Assembly: GCA_035506195.1 (NCBI GenBank)
Contig: DATJPV010000048.1
Location: forward strand, 2,011 to 66,010
Origin: Patescibacteria group bacterium
GTDB lineage: Bacteria; Omnitrophota; Gorgyraeia; Gygaellales; Profunditerraquicolaceae
Direction: 5' to 3'
DNA: 64,000 bases
Part shown: positions 9,521 to 18,925 of the stretch, piece by piece
Numbering within the stretch: the stretch's first letter is position 1
Layout of the letters: each line of letters begins with the position of its first letter
Program-made: the position numbers and the translations under genes
Notes under the pieces: model-generated
Seen by the model: the letters and a program-made list of their open reading frames with translations, nothing else
Told to the model about the DNA's origin: nothing
The model's database searches: none

Positions 9521-11234
9521 GAATATTCTAAGCGTCAGCATCTTTGTGTTTCTGGTGCTACTTACCTGTGCGGCCAGTTATGTGTGGCTGGCGCGCGATA
9601 ATACCCCTCCGTACGGAATCACCCCTCCTTTGCAAAGCATGCGCTTTTACCTGGCCTGGCAAGATCATGGTTTCAGGTTCTCCGATTTCGCCGCGGTTTT
9701 TGAACCGCAATACCCTCCGTTGACGCACCTTCTGTACACCGGGTACTTTCTTATCTGGGGGCTGCACACCGGCAAAGAGATGCTTGTCAATACCCTGTTT
9801 CTGGTTATCGCTCTCATCGCGCTCTATGGATTGGCCAGGGCCTTGTATGGCGAGCTTGTTGCGGTCGCAGCGGTGGCGCTCTTTTTGTCTTTCCCCGGCA
9901 CGCTTGCCTATTCCCGGCGCGGCTTCACTGAATTTGCCGTTATGGGCATGGTAACTTTAAGCATCTGGCTGCTTGTGAGAACCGAATATTTTTCGCGTCG
10001 CGCATACGCGGTGCTTTTTGGGCTGGCTTTGGGCCTGACCGCACTGACCAAATGGAGTTTCCTTCCGTTTGTCGCCGGGCCGCTGCTGGTGGTTTCCGGA
10101 TACGGATGCCTGCGCAAAGATCCTTCCCGGGCGAAACGGTACTTTCTTCTGTCTATCCTCATCGCGCTTGCCCTAAGCCTGCCATGGTACATTCCTCATA
10201 TGCGGGATGCGTGGATGCGTTTCCATATCGATAAACTCGACGCCTCACCCAGGGATTTCCTATTCACCAAAGCAAACCTTGCGGCATTCCTGCATAACTG
10301 CCGGTCTTATTTTCGGGAAAGCATTGCGGTGCCCTCGGTAAAAGCGCACATGGACCTCAATTACCTGCTTATCTTCCTGTGCGCCGGATCTTGGCGCCTT
10401 GCGTACCGCTGTTTCCATCGGGCAGGCCGCGCTGCCGTTTCCCCTGGGGCATTGGTACTTTTTTTATGGATATCCGTACCTTTCGTTACGCTCTGCCTGC
10501 CCGTTTTTACGGGAATACGCCATCCTTCGCACCTGCTGGCTGTCCTGCCCGCCTGTGCGCTTGCCTTAAGCGTTACGCTCTTACGTATCCGGCCCGCCAG
10601 CGCCAGGATTCTATTTCTTTGCGCTACCGCCGCCGTTGCATTACCCTACTGGTACATTAATCTCTGTGCGCCTTTCCTGCGGCAGCCTGCGCAAAAGAGC
10701 CTGCCCTTACAGATAGAGACGTCTTTTTCGCTGCGCCATCCGTTGTCCAGCAGGCTTCGGCTGGCAAGAGTCCTCCTTACGGACCTCCAGAGGGTTTCCC
10801 TGTTGCCTAGCCAGGAAAACTGGCGGCATAAGGACATACTGGATTTTATAGTCGAGGATCGCGCCAAAGACGCGCGCAAAGAAAAACCCGCGGTATTGCT
10901 GGTAGGGACCTCTCAGTTGTTTCGCTATCGCCAATTTGAGTATTGCAATCTGCGGATGCACGATAAGGTCATGCTTGTCGATGCCTTCCATACCCGCCTT
11001 GAGTTTTACGCGAATCTAGCCGCTTTGCATGACGCTATCTTTGACTCTCCCTTTGATTATATTGTGGTAAGGGACGGGGTGCGCTTAAATCCTCTCACGA
11101 GGGAAGCCTTTGCCCAGCAAGCCACGCTTGCCGTCCTGGAGCGCCGGCAAGAAGAGTTCCGCCGCCTCTATGTAGCGGCGATGCAGTTTGGCCTTCCGGA
11201 CGGAAGCCGGGCAATAGTCTACAGGAGGCTTTAG
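9498..11234 (+). CDS. GT-C-fold membrane glycosyltransferase, ArnT/PMT (GT39/GT83)-like
   Basis: It has ~10-12 predicted TM helices. The N-terminal region (YTGYFLIWGL...LTKWSFLPF) resembles 4-amino-arabinose/mannosyl transferase family proteins. There is a soluble C-terminal domain. Confidence 0.5.
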   Translation: MHPMPRFKNILSVSIFVFLVLLTCAASYVWLARDNTPPYGITPPLQSMRFYLAWQDHGFRFSDFAAVFEPQYPPLTHLLYTGYFLIWGLHTGKEMLVNTLFLVIALIALYGLARALYGELVAVAAVALFLSFPGTLAYSRRGFTEFAVMGMVTLSIWLLVRTEYFSRRAYAVLFGLALGLTALTKWSFLPFVAGPLLVVSGYGCLRKDPSRAKRYFLLSILIALALSLPWYIPHMRDAWMRFHIDKLDASPRDFLFTKANLAAFLHNCRSYFRESIAVPSVKAHMDLNYLLIFLCAGSWRLAYRCFHRAGRAAVSPGALVLFLWISVPFVTLCLPVFTGIRHPSHLLAVLPACALALSVTLLRIRPASARILFLCATAAVALPYWYINLCAPFLRQPAQKSLPLQIETSFSLRHPLSSRLRLARVLLTDLQRVSLLPSQENWRHKDILDFIVEDRAKDARKEKPAVLLVGTSQLFRYRQFEYCNLRMHDKVMLVDAFHTRLEFYANLAALHDAIFDSPFDYIVVRDGVRLNPLTREAFAQQATLAVLERRQEEFRRLYVAAMQFGLPDGSRAIVYRRL

Positions 11235-11324
11235 GCGCCCGTAATAAAATGTATTGCGCAAGGTCGTATTTAGACTATACTTGAACAAAGAGAAAGGTTT
11301 TAGCAAGGGATCAGGAAGGGCTCC

Positions 11325-12365
11325 GTGCAAATGAAAAGGTATGCATATCTGTTGGTGTTCTGCGCGCTGGCCTTGGCGGTATTCATCTTGGCGCCTCATC
11401 ATAAAAGACCGCGCAATATTATTCTTATAGGATGGGATGCCGCCTCGCGGGGCACTGTCCGAAGCCTCCTGGCGCAGGGCAGGCTCCCCAACCTTAAGGC
11501 ATTGGTCTCCCGGGGGGCATTAGTCGATATCGACGCGCAGAGAAGGACGGATACCGCAGCCGGCTGGGCGGAGATATTAACCGGCTATCCGCCCGAAGAT
11601 ACCGGTGTCTGTTGCAATGCGCATTATCAGGCGATACCTCAGGGATACACCGTTTTTGAGCGCCTGAAAGATTTTTTCGGGAAAGAGAATTTTGTGACCC
11701 TGGCGGCCATCAGCAAAAAACACCACATGGATTGCACTCCTGCGCAGAAATATGACAGGATGGAGGATGTGCCGCAAGAACACCAGGGTGTCGTAAGGCC
11801 TGACGGCCGGGGCGTATATTTTCCCGGCGCGCCGTTTGCCAATGCGAAGGGCACAATGGATGTGTTCGCCAATGACCTGCGCAGTAATGACAGAGTACTG
11901 AAGGTAGCGCTGAAGCTGTTGGAGCAGTATCGTAACAAGCCGTTCTTTTTCTTTATACATTTCGGCGATATCGATGGTGCGGGGCATCAGTACGGAGGCA
12001 TCTCTCCGCAGGTAAACGACGCGATTATTTCATGCGATACTTGCTTGGGTGCGTTAATGCAGAAATTAAAAGAATATGGGATATACGACAAGACGCTGCT
12101 GTATATCACCGCCGACCATGGGCTTGATAAGGATGTAGTCTGTCCCGGGCATCACAACGCCGCCCTTATTTTCCTGGCAACCAATAATGCACGGGTCATC
12201 CGGCGCGGCACCAGGATCGACATTACCCCTACCATACTCGATGATTTCGGCATAGACCTAGGAAAGATCAGGCCGGAACTTCCAGGCAGGGCCTTGACCA
12301 ATTTGAAGCGATGCAGGTATTGCATAAGGGTGCATGAGGGCTCCGGCGGCGAGGAAGGGCAATAG
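11325..12365 (+). CDS. alkaline-phosphatase-superfamily enzyme, type I phosphodiesterase/nucleotide pyrophosphatase (PF01663)-like, membrane anchored
   Basis: It has an N-terminal TM and the metal-ligand motifs GWDAASRGT (Asp + Ser/Thr nucleophile region), FGDIDGAGHQYG (D..GH.YG) and TADHGLD. Confidence 0.65.
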   Translation: MQMKRYAYLLVFCALALAVFILAPHHKRPRNIILIGWDAASRGTVRSLLAQGRLPNLKALVSRGALVDIDAQRRTDTAAGWAEILTGYPPEDTGVCCNAHYQAIPQGYTVFERLKDFFGKENFVTLAAISKKHHMDCTPAQKYDRMEDVPQEHQGVVRPDGRGVYFPGAPFANAKGTMDVFANDLRSNDRVLKVALKLLEQYRNKPFFFFIHFGDIDGAGHQYGGISPQVNDAIISCDTCLGALMQKLKEYGIYDKTLLYITADHGLDKDVVCPGHHNAALIFLATNNARVIRRGTRIDITPTILDDFGIDLGKIRPELPGRALTNLKRCRYCIRVHEGSGGEEGQ

Positions 12366-13974
12366 CGTGGATGTCTTTTTGGCGGCCATATGCCTGGTTA
12401 TGCTGGTTCTCATCGGATCAAGAGAGGGCTGGGGGAAGGTATTAAAGATTACAGCTGCCTGGTTCCTGTTTTCGGTCGGTATGATGGAGATCTTCCTGCT
12501 TTCCGGCCACCAAAGGCACTTCCGTATTTGGCTCCCCAGTTATTTCAGCGTGTTCGGCCCTCTGCAATGGTGCGCCTGGGGCATCGGGCTTATTACTTAT
12601 TATGTAATAGGGGCAAAGACCAGGATAGCCTGCTGGATCAGGAGGCTCGCCTTGCTGTTGCTTGTGTGCATACCCATCCCCGTAATTTTCTTGTTCATCT
12701 TTCGGTTTGGGGTAAATGTGCTATATTGGGACCAGTGGCGGATAGTCCCTATCCTGGCGAGGTATCTTAACGGCACCCTGCAGTTCTCCCACCTTTTTGA
12801 AGGCATTGTTGAGCAGCGCGAATTTTTTGGCACGGTGATCACGCTTGTCACGGCCCGCCTGACTCACTACAATACCTGCGTTGAGATGTATGTGAATGCG
12901 TGCATATTATTGTTGTCATTCTGCGTAGTCTTGGCGTCTCTCAAAGAGCGCGCTCCCCTTGTTGGGAACCTGTTTTTTCTTGCGCCGATCTCCTATTTGA
13001 TGCTGGGCCCGAATCAAATCGCCAATATTTTGTATGGGGCCGGGCTTAGCTGGGTTTTGGTCCATACCTGCGCCATCGCCAGCCTCTATTTTCTTTATTC
13101 GGCCACGAAGCAGCCCGCCAGGCGCAAGGCGACCTGTACCCTCATCGTAGCCATGCTCTTGGCTACCGTCGCCACCTTTTCCTTGTCGATGGGCATGTGC
13201 GTATGGTTTGCGGGGTGTTTTTTAGCAGGCCGCCGGCCTCGGCCCGTCATCGGTAGCTGGGCGGCCCTGGGCTTGTTGGAATCGCTGTTCTATTTTCATA
13301 CCCCGGCGTTCCTTGCGCAGATGCTCGCAAAACCGCTTGCCGGCGCAGCCTCCCTGCCCGCCGCCAACCACGTTGGCTACCTAAGTTTTTTCCCTTTATT
13401 CCTTGGTTCTGCGGTAACCGGAAGATTCAATTCTTTGGCTTGGGGCATCTCGTTGTTGTCATTGTCGGCCGTTTGTCTGGCCTTGCTATATGCATATGGC
13501 CAATGGAGGCAGAACGCGCTGTGGTTAAGTATCCTGCTATTCGCGACCTGCGCAACCCTGTTGATCTTTGTAGGAAGGGTTTGCGCAAGGGCAGACCTGG
13601 CGGAAGGGCTTGCGCACAGGTATAAGATCTTTGCAATCCTTATCGTTGCCTCGCTGTATATGCTGATGTTGAATTTGCGCTTCGCCGTGAGGGGCAATTT
13701 TGTCGTTACCGGCTCATACGCCGTGCTTACCTGCCTGATCGTTATCGGCGCTCCCGTTTCTTTTTTCAATAACCTTGCCTATGCGCAAGTACAAAAAAGC
13801 CTTTACCAAAAAGCCGCGTCTGTGCTGGTTGACTACGAGGTTCAATCAGACGATGTCTTGCAGGCCCTTTACAAAGAACCGCAGTTTGTCAGAAAGAACG
13901 CGGCAGTGCTCAAGAAACTCAAATATAACGTTTTCAGCGTGCAACCGCAAAACATGCCGAAAGGAGCCCCATGA
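12334..13974 (+). CDS. polytopic integral membrane protein (>=12 TM), unknown function
   Basis: It has a long run of hydrophobic helices and no soluble catalytic motif that I recognise. It is bracketed by two NPP-family paralogs. Confidence 0.4.
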   Translation: MRAPAARKGNSVDVFLAAICLVMLVLIGSREGWGKVLKITAAWFLFSVGMMEIFLLSGHQRHFRIWLPSYFSVFGPLQWCAWGIGLITYYVIGAKTRIACWIRRLALLLLVCIPIPVIFLFIFRFGVNVLYWDQWRIVPILARYLNGTLQFSHLFEGIVEQREFFGTVITLVTARLTHYNTCVEMYVNACILLLSFCVVLASLKERAPLVGNLFFLAPISYLMLGPNQIANILYGAGLSWVLVHTCAIASLYFLYSATKQPARRKATCTLIVAMLLATVATFSLSMGMCVWFAGCFLAGRRPRPVIGSWAALGLLESLFYFHTPAFLAQMLAKPLAGAASLPAANHVGYLSFFPLFLGSAVTGRFNSLAWGISLLSLSAVCLALLYAYGQWRQNALWLSILLFATCATLLIFVGRVCARADLAEGLAHRYKIFAILIVASLYMLMLNLRFAVRGNFVVTGSYAVLTCLIVIGAPVSFFNNLAYAQVQKSLYQKAASVLVDYEVQSDDVLQALYKEPQFVRKNAAVLKKLKYNVFSVQPQNMPKGAP

Positions 13975-15011
13975 TGAAACGTACATATGTGTATATACTG
14001 GCTGTCTGCGTATCGATCGCTGCGGCATGCGCCTTGGCGGTTACGTGTGTTACCGCGGGTATCGGCAAGAGGCCGCGCAGCATCATTCTTGTGGGCTGGG
14101 ACGCTGCCTCCCGGGACACCGTCCAGGGGCTCATGGCTCAAGGCAGGCTTCCGAACCTTGCGGCGCTGGTTTCCGGCGGCGCGTTCGTCGATATCGATGT
14201 CCAGAGAATAACCGATACTAAAGCCGGCTGGACGGAGATATTGACCGGCTATCCTCCGGAGATAACGGGTACGCACGACAATCACATGTATCAGCAGATA
14301 CCGCAGGGGTATACCGTTTTCGAGCGCCTGCAGGATTTTTTCGGGAAAGGCAATTTCATTACCGTAGCAGTGATCAGTAAGAAGCTCCACATGGATTGCT
14401 TTCCTCCGCAGAGATATGACAGGATCGAGGATGTGCCGGAAGATTATCAAAGCACCGTCAGGACCGAGCTTAATCCGGATGGCCAGGGATGCGTATATTT
14501 TCCCGGCGAGCCGTTCGCCGGCATAAAAGACAAGATAGACGTATTTGTGAATGACCTGCGTTCCAATAGTAACACCCTGCAGGAGGCGTTGCGGCTCCTT
14601 GAGAAGTACCGCCAGAAGCCGTTTTTCTTCTTCGTGCATTTTGGCGATATCGACGGCGCCGGGCACAAATTTGGAGTAAACGCCCCGCAGGTGGCTAATG
14701 CGGTTATCTCATGCGACGCCTGTTTAGGCGCCCTGGTGCAGAAGCTGAAGGAATACAAGATATACGATACGACGAGGATCTATGTCACTGCCGATCACGG
14801 GCTTGATACAATAGGCAATAGCCATCGCGACGCGCCTTTTATTTTTCTGGCGACCAATAATCGCAAGGTTATACGGGACGGCAGGAGGATAGATATCGCC
14901 CCTACCATACTTGAAGATTTCGGCGTAGACTTAAGCAAGATCAAGCCGGCGCTTCCCGGCTGGTCTTTGACCAAGATCAAAAGGTGCAAATATTGCGTAA
15001 GAAAGCGGTAA
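13971..15011 (+). CDS. alkaline-phosphatase-superfamily enzyme (NPP/PF01663-like), paralog of 11325-12365
   Basis: It aligns colinearly with the upstream paralog (VGWDAASRDT, FGDIDGAGHKFG, TADHGLD). It has an N-terminal TM. Confidence 0.65.
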   Translation: MMKRTYVYILAVCVSIAAACALAVTCVTAGIGKRPRSIILVGWDAASRDTVQGLMAQGRLPNLAALVSGGAFVDIDVQRITDTKAGWTEILTGYPPEITGTHDNHMYQQIPQGYTVFERLQDFFGKGNFITVAVISKKLHMDCFPPQRYDRIEDVPEDYQSTVRTELNPDGQGCVYFPGEPFAGIKDKIDVFVNDLRSNSNTLQEALRLLEKYRQKPFFFFVHFGDIDGAGHKFGVNAPQVANAVISCDACLGALVQKLKEYKIYDTTRIYVTADHGLDTIGNSHRDAPFIFLATNNRKVIRDGRRIDIAPTILEDFGVDLSKIKPALPGWSLTKIKRCKYCVRKR

Positions 15012-15820
15012 GAATAATAACCGGCAGCTACGGCTGCCTGTGCGCATTGTTGCTGGTGGCCGGCTGTGCGGGATTGCCCAGCATAAGGGTACCGCAGAAG
15101 GCATACGATGCCGCTATCCCCATACCGGACGCGCGCCTGCCGGATTACGAAAAACTGACCTATGAAATCAGGTGGCTCGGCCTGCGCGTGGGCACGCTTA
15201 CTGCCTCCATAGTCGAAAGGAAACAGTTCCGGGACAGGGAAGTATATGTCCTTGAGGCCACCGTGAAGACAAGCGCGTTCTTTTCGAGCATCTACAAGAT
15301 AGAGGACCGTTTTGTTTCCTATGTGGACGCGCAAAAGTTGTATACCATACGGCACGAGGTATACCGCAGGGACGGCGCATACAAAAAGGACGCCGTCACC
15401 GAGTTCGACCAGGAAAGCCATAAGGCCCATTTCAAGAATTCCCTGGATATGTCGGAGAAAACCTTTGATATACCCGCGGGGGTCCACGATATCTTGAGCG
15501 CCTGTTATTATTTCATGCTTTTGCCGCTGAAGGTAGGGGATAAGATCGAGTATTCCGTATGCAATAACGAGACCAATTACCAGTTCCTCGGCCTTATCCA
15601 GCCTAAGGTATTGATACGGGTGCCTGCTTTGGGCAGGAAGGAGAGCGAGGCGTTTCTCATTCAGCCTTACGCCAAGCTTAAAGGGGAGAAGGTGGATAAA
15701 GGCAACGTAAGCGCGTATTTCAGCTGCGAAAAAAGAAGGCTGCCCTTATTGGCTACCGTGAAGGGCCCGGTATTCACGGAGGTTACTATCGTGCTTTCCA
15801 AGATAGAGAACCGGCAGTGA
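14984..15820 (+). CDS. putative lipoprotein (possibly DUF3108-like)
   Basis: There is a lipobox LLVAGCAG after a signal peptide and no enzymatic motifs. The DUF3108 resemblance is only suggested by an N-terminal YEIRWLGLRVG motif. Confidence 0.4.
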   Translation: MQILRKKAVRIITGSYGCLCALLLVAGCAGLPSIRVPQKAYDAAIPIPDARLPDYEKLTYEIRWLGLRVGTLTASIVERKQFRDREVYVLEATVKTSAFFSSIYKIEDRFVSYVDAQKLYTIRHEVYRRDGAYKKDAVTEFDQESHKAHFKNSLDMSEKTFDIPAGVHDILSACYYFMLLPLKVGDKIEYSVCNNETNYQFLGLIQPKVLIRVPALGRKESEAFLIQPYAKLKGEKVDKGNVSAYFSCEKRRLPLLATVKGPVFTEVTIVLSKIENRQ

Positions 15821-15885
15821 CGCACGGCTGAATTGTATACTATTTTTGGAAGAAAGTGGTATAATAGGCAAAAAGGAGACCCGGA

Positions 15886-16056
15886 ATGATCGAGAGAAGC
15901 GAATACAAAGGTAAGCCGTTGATCGTCCTCAAGAGAGGCGAAGACGATAAGTTCCCTTTTTCTTTTGGCGTCACCAAGGCAAAGCTCATACTCGAGAATA
16001 TCGAGGAGATCAAGAAATTCGTGGAAGAGAACGCTCAGGACGCCCCGCAGGGATGA
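15886..16056 (+). CDS. small conserved-looking ORF (56 aa), unknown function
   Basis: This ORF is not in the track (<60 aa). A good SD AAAGGAGA lies 7 nt upstream, and an extended -10 GTGGTATAAT sits at 15857-15865. The sequence is MIERSEYKGKPLIVLKRGEDDKFPFSFGVTKAKLILENIEEIKKFVEENAQDAPQG. Confidence 0.4.
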   Translation: MIERSEYKGKPLIVLKRGEDDKFPFSFGVTKAKLILENIEEIKKFVEENAQDAPQG

Positions 16057-16132
16057 TTCGGCTTTAAAAAGCATCCGGGATGTGGTATGCTTTGAATAGT
16101 GGGGGAGCGTAGCTGCGCACAGGGAGGATGTC

Positions 16133-16570
16133 ATGAAAAAAGGTTTTACGCTGCTGGAATTGATCGTAGTTGTCATCATTCTGGGCGTATTGGCAATCCT
16201 TGGCTTCACCCAATATGCGACGATCATCGAGAAGTCGCGCGGCGCTGAGGCAAAGATCATCTTAGGCACTATCCGCACGCTGGGCATAGGGTATTACCTG
16301 GAATACGGCAGTTGCGTGGGGTTTGCGCCGATAGCCATGCTTGCCCACATCGGTAATGACCTAGGACAAATTCCCGGCGTCTGCCGGGAATCGCACTGGT
16401 TCAGCTATTCGGTCGTTTCGCCTTCTTTGGGCGTGATAATAGGGACGGCGACGCGTTGTGCCAGCGGCGGCAAGCCCCCTCAAGGAATAAGCGCTGCCGG
16501 AGCGACTATTATTCTCACGTCAGACCTGCTCAATAACCTCGATACCTGGGGAGGCACCGGCGGATATTAA
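16133..16570 (+). CDS. prepilin-type N-terminal cleavage/methylation domain protein (type IV pilin/pseudopilin-like)
   Basis: The N-terminus MKKGFTLLELIVVVIILGVLA is a class III signal peptide with the conserved G-F-T-L-L-E motif. Confidence 0.7.
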   Translation: MKKGFTLLELIVVVIILGVLAILGFTQYATIIEKSRGAEAKIILGTIRTLGIGYYLEYGSCVGFAPIAMLAHIGNDLGQIPGVCRESHWFSYSVVSPSLGVIIGTATRCASGGKPPQGISAAGATIILTSDLLNNLDTWGGTGGY

Positions 16571-16596
16571 GCCTGCCGCCTGCCATCTCGGCCTAC

Positions 16597-17283
16597 ATGA
16601 AAAAAATCCCCGTCATTTTTCTTTTCGTTTTTGCCGTTGTCTGCGTGCTCTTCGTCTCCCAGTATGTTATCCGGCGCGTACAAGAGAATAAGGTCTTGAA
16701 AGAAATAATCGCCAGGCTCCAGGCAGATTCGCGGATTGCGGAAGTCCTGGTCACCGATGTCCGGCCGGATGCAACAACCGGCAAAGAACTGACCACGATC
16801 AAATTCCTGGAATACGACACCAAGGGCAGGCCCCTTGCTCCGCGCTATTTTACCTTTCCCGGCAACATCATCCAGTTCCAGTCACTGGTCATACGGTTCA
16901 ACGACCTGTATATCGCGACCAACGACCCCTTGCGAGGCAAAAGCGTATATCTTTTCTGGAAGGTCTTTATGCTTGACGGAGCCAATACCAGGGAGTTCGA
17001 AATAACCAGGATGGACCAGATCCCTCAAGGGTATAAGATAGACAGGCAGGTCCGGCCTTTCGAAAGAAGATTCTGGAAGCGATTCTGGGAGTACGCGTTG
17101 AATGCGGCAGAAGCCAAGAAAATGGGGATCAAAAATGCTCAGATCGAGGCTCCGGGAACCATGTTCGTTCCGGGCACCCTCTATACCATAAAGATAGAAC
17201 ACGACGGCGGCATGAGGATCGATACCCAGTCTCTCCCTGCGATATTACGCGGCGAGCGTATACCGAAAACAGCTGTCGAATAA
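16597..17283 (+). CDS. secreted/membrane-anchored hypothetical protein
   Basis: It has an N-terminal signal/TM segment and no recognisable catalytic motif. Confidence 0.4.
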   Translation: MKKIPVIFLFVFAVVCVLFVSQYVIRRVQENKVLKEIIARLQADSRIAEVLVTDVRPDATTGKELTTIKFLEYDTKGRPLAPRYFTFPGNIIQFQSLVIRFNDLYIATNDPLRGKSVYLFWKVFMLDGANTREFEITRMDQIPQGYKIDRQVRPFERRFWKRFWEYALNAAEAKKMGIKNAQIEAPGTMFVPGTLYTIKIEHDGGMRIDTQSLPAILRGERIPKTAVE

Positions 17284-17346
17284 ACAAGGCCTGCCCAGGC
17301 AGGGAACTTTTTCCTCCTTTTGATTGTCTAATACTACAGAGGATAC

Positions 17347-17898
17347 ATGCAGGATATCCCCAGAGATATTTTGATCCGGGCATCCCGGGGCAACATCGAA
17401 GCCTTCGAACATATATACAAGGCTGTTTCGGGATTTGTGTACAATGTGGCCCTGAGGATAACCAACAGCAGCCATGATGCCGAGGAGGTCACCCAGGACG
17501 TGTTCATGAAGGTGTACCGGAGCCTTCCCGGATTCCAGTTCCGCTCTTCTCTGCGGACGTGGATATACCGGATCACCGTTAATACCGCGCTCAACAGTTG
17601 TAAGAAGGCGATTAAGGAAACAAGCCGGCGCGGCGATTACGATACGGCGGTCAGGACCCAGAGCGCCCCTGAAACCGCAGATGCGCGCGCTACGCAGGCC
17701 GACCATGAGAGGGCCGTTGCGTCGCTGTTAAGCGCGCTTAACCCGGACCAGCGCGCCTGCGTCGTATTAAGGGAGATCGAAGGGTTTAGCTACAAACAGA
17801 TATCCGAGGCTTTAAAGATCAATATCAATACCGTTCGCTCAAGGCTTAAGAGGGCCAGGGAAACCCTCCTGGCTTCAAGGAAAAGCGAGGTAGGCTAA
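17347..17898 (+). CDS. ECF-type RNA polymerase sigma-70 factor
   Basis: Region 2 is VTQDVFMKVYRSLPGFQ...RTWIYRITVNTALN and region 4 HTH is QISEALKININTVRSRLKRARE. Confidence 0.85.
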   Translation: MQDIPRDILIRASRGNIEAFEHIYKAVSGFVYNVALRITNSSHDAEEVTQDVFMKVYRSLPGFQFRSSLRTWIYRITVNTALNSCKKAIKETSRRGDYDTAVRTQSAPETADARATQADHERAVASLLSALNPDQRACVVLREIEGFSYKQISEALKININTVRSRLKRARETLLASRKSEVG

Positions 17899-17899
17899 G

Positions 17900-18391
17900 A
17901 TGGATTGCGCACACATAAAAGAACTCATTCTGACCGGTTACACCGACGGCCAGATCGACGCCAGGCTCCAGGAACAGGTCCGGGCGCATCTGGCCGCCTG
18001 CGTTGCCTGCCGGCAGCTGGCAGACGCCGTACGCAAAACCGCCGTTGAGCCGTTTAAGAAGGCAGAGCGGATCGGGCCGCCGGATGCCGTATGGCAGCGG
18101 ATAAAACAGGCCCTCATCCTGGAAGAAGAGCGCCGGCCGGCCGGCGTGCTTGAACGCCTGCGCGACTTCCTGCAGGGCGCCTATTCCCTTCCCCGGCCCG
18201 TATATGCCACTGCCGCAGCGATGCTGGTGCTTCTGGCCGCAGCTGCCTTCGCAAGGCTTCCGGCACAACAGCAAAGGACGGTAAACAGGTATTTGCAGGA
18301 GGAAGTAGAGTTCATTACCGATCTTAAAGTAGAGCCCAGGACGGCTGCGTATGATTCTCTTTCCACGAAGATCGAAAAAAGTTTTCTCTAA
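17900..18391 (+). CDS. anti-sigma factor, zf-HC2 type, with C-terminal TM
   Basis: It lies 2 nt after the ECF sigma stop. It has the HLAACVACRQ zinc-finger motif typical of zf-HC2 anti-sigma factors and a central hydrophobic helix. Confidence 0.7.
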   Translation: MDCAHIKELILTGYTDGQIDARLQEQVRAHLAACVACRQLADAVRKTAVEPFKKAERIGPPDAVWQRIKQALILEEERRPAGVLERLRDFLQGAYSLPRPVYATAAAMLVLLAAAAFARLPAQQQRTVNRYLQEEVEFITDLKVEPRTAAYDSLSTKIEKSFL

Positions 18392-18441
18392 AGGGGAACT
18401 TTTTCCCTGATGCGCATGTCTAAGATGACGGGAGGAAAAAA

Positions 18442-18903
18442 ATGAAGACCATGGTGAAACGGTTATGCATATATGCGACTGCGGCGGCTTTTGTATCCTG
18501 GGCGCCGCTTGCGCACGCGCAGCAGGCCGCCGGCCGTCAGGGGCCGCAAGCGGACAGGGGCCAAGAACTGGATAATTTTATCAAAGACCTGAATCTTACC
18601 CCTCAACAGCAGGAACAGATCAAGAAACAGCGTAACGAGCACTTTGAGAAGAACAGGGGAGCAGGCGATGAATTGCGGCAGAAAAGGCTGAAGCTGAAGC
18701 AGGAGCTGGAAAAAGAGGTCCCCGACAGGAAGCTGATCAATGCGCTTGTTGCCGATATCAACACGTTGACCGCAAGAAAACTCCAGGACCGGGTCGACAG
18801 CATCCTTGCGATAAAAGAGATATTGACGCCGCAGCAGTATAAAGCATTCCAGGAGAAGATCAGGAGCCATGCCGGGCCGCGAAGAGAAGGGCCGTGGCAG
18901 TAA
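18442..18903 (+). CDS. periplasmic Spy/CpxP-family (LTxxQ) protein
   Basis: It has a signal peptide and two LTPQQ motifs (LNLTPQQQEQIKKQ and ILTPQQYKAFQEK) within helical Lys/Glu-rich segments. Confidence 0.6.
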   Translation: MKTMVKRLCIYATAAAFVSWAPLAHAQQAAGRQGPQADRGQELDNFIKDLNLTPQQQEQIKKQRNEHFEKNRGAGDELRQKRLKLKQELEKEVPDRKLINALVADINTLTARKLQDRVDSILAIKEILTPQQYKAFQEKIRSHAGPRREGPWQ

Positions 18904-18925
18904 ACACCGAGAGGAGGGTGTGTAT

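Noticed and set aside
16057-16132. Weak hairpin (AAAGCATC...GTATGCTTT) between the 56-aa ORF and the prepilin gene as a possible terminator
   Set aside because: The stem is short and AT-rich with a 12-nt loop, and it is not followed by a U-tract. It is more likely incidental.
18869-18925. N-terminal extension of ORF 18869-19519, with similar upstream extensions at 22445, 32860, 33380, 34095, 39041, 40904, 48814 and 57520
   Set aside because: The extensions overlap the preceding gene and lack signal-peptide or domain sequence. Internal ATGs with an SD or stop-overlap give N-termini matching the known family starts (signal peptides, MKKVKVCV for PurQ, the PurF propeptide and others).
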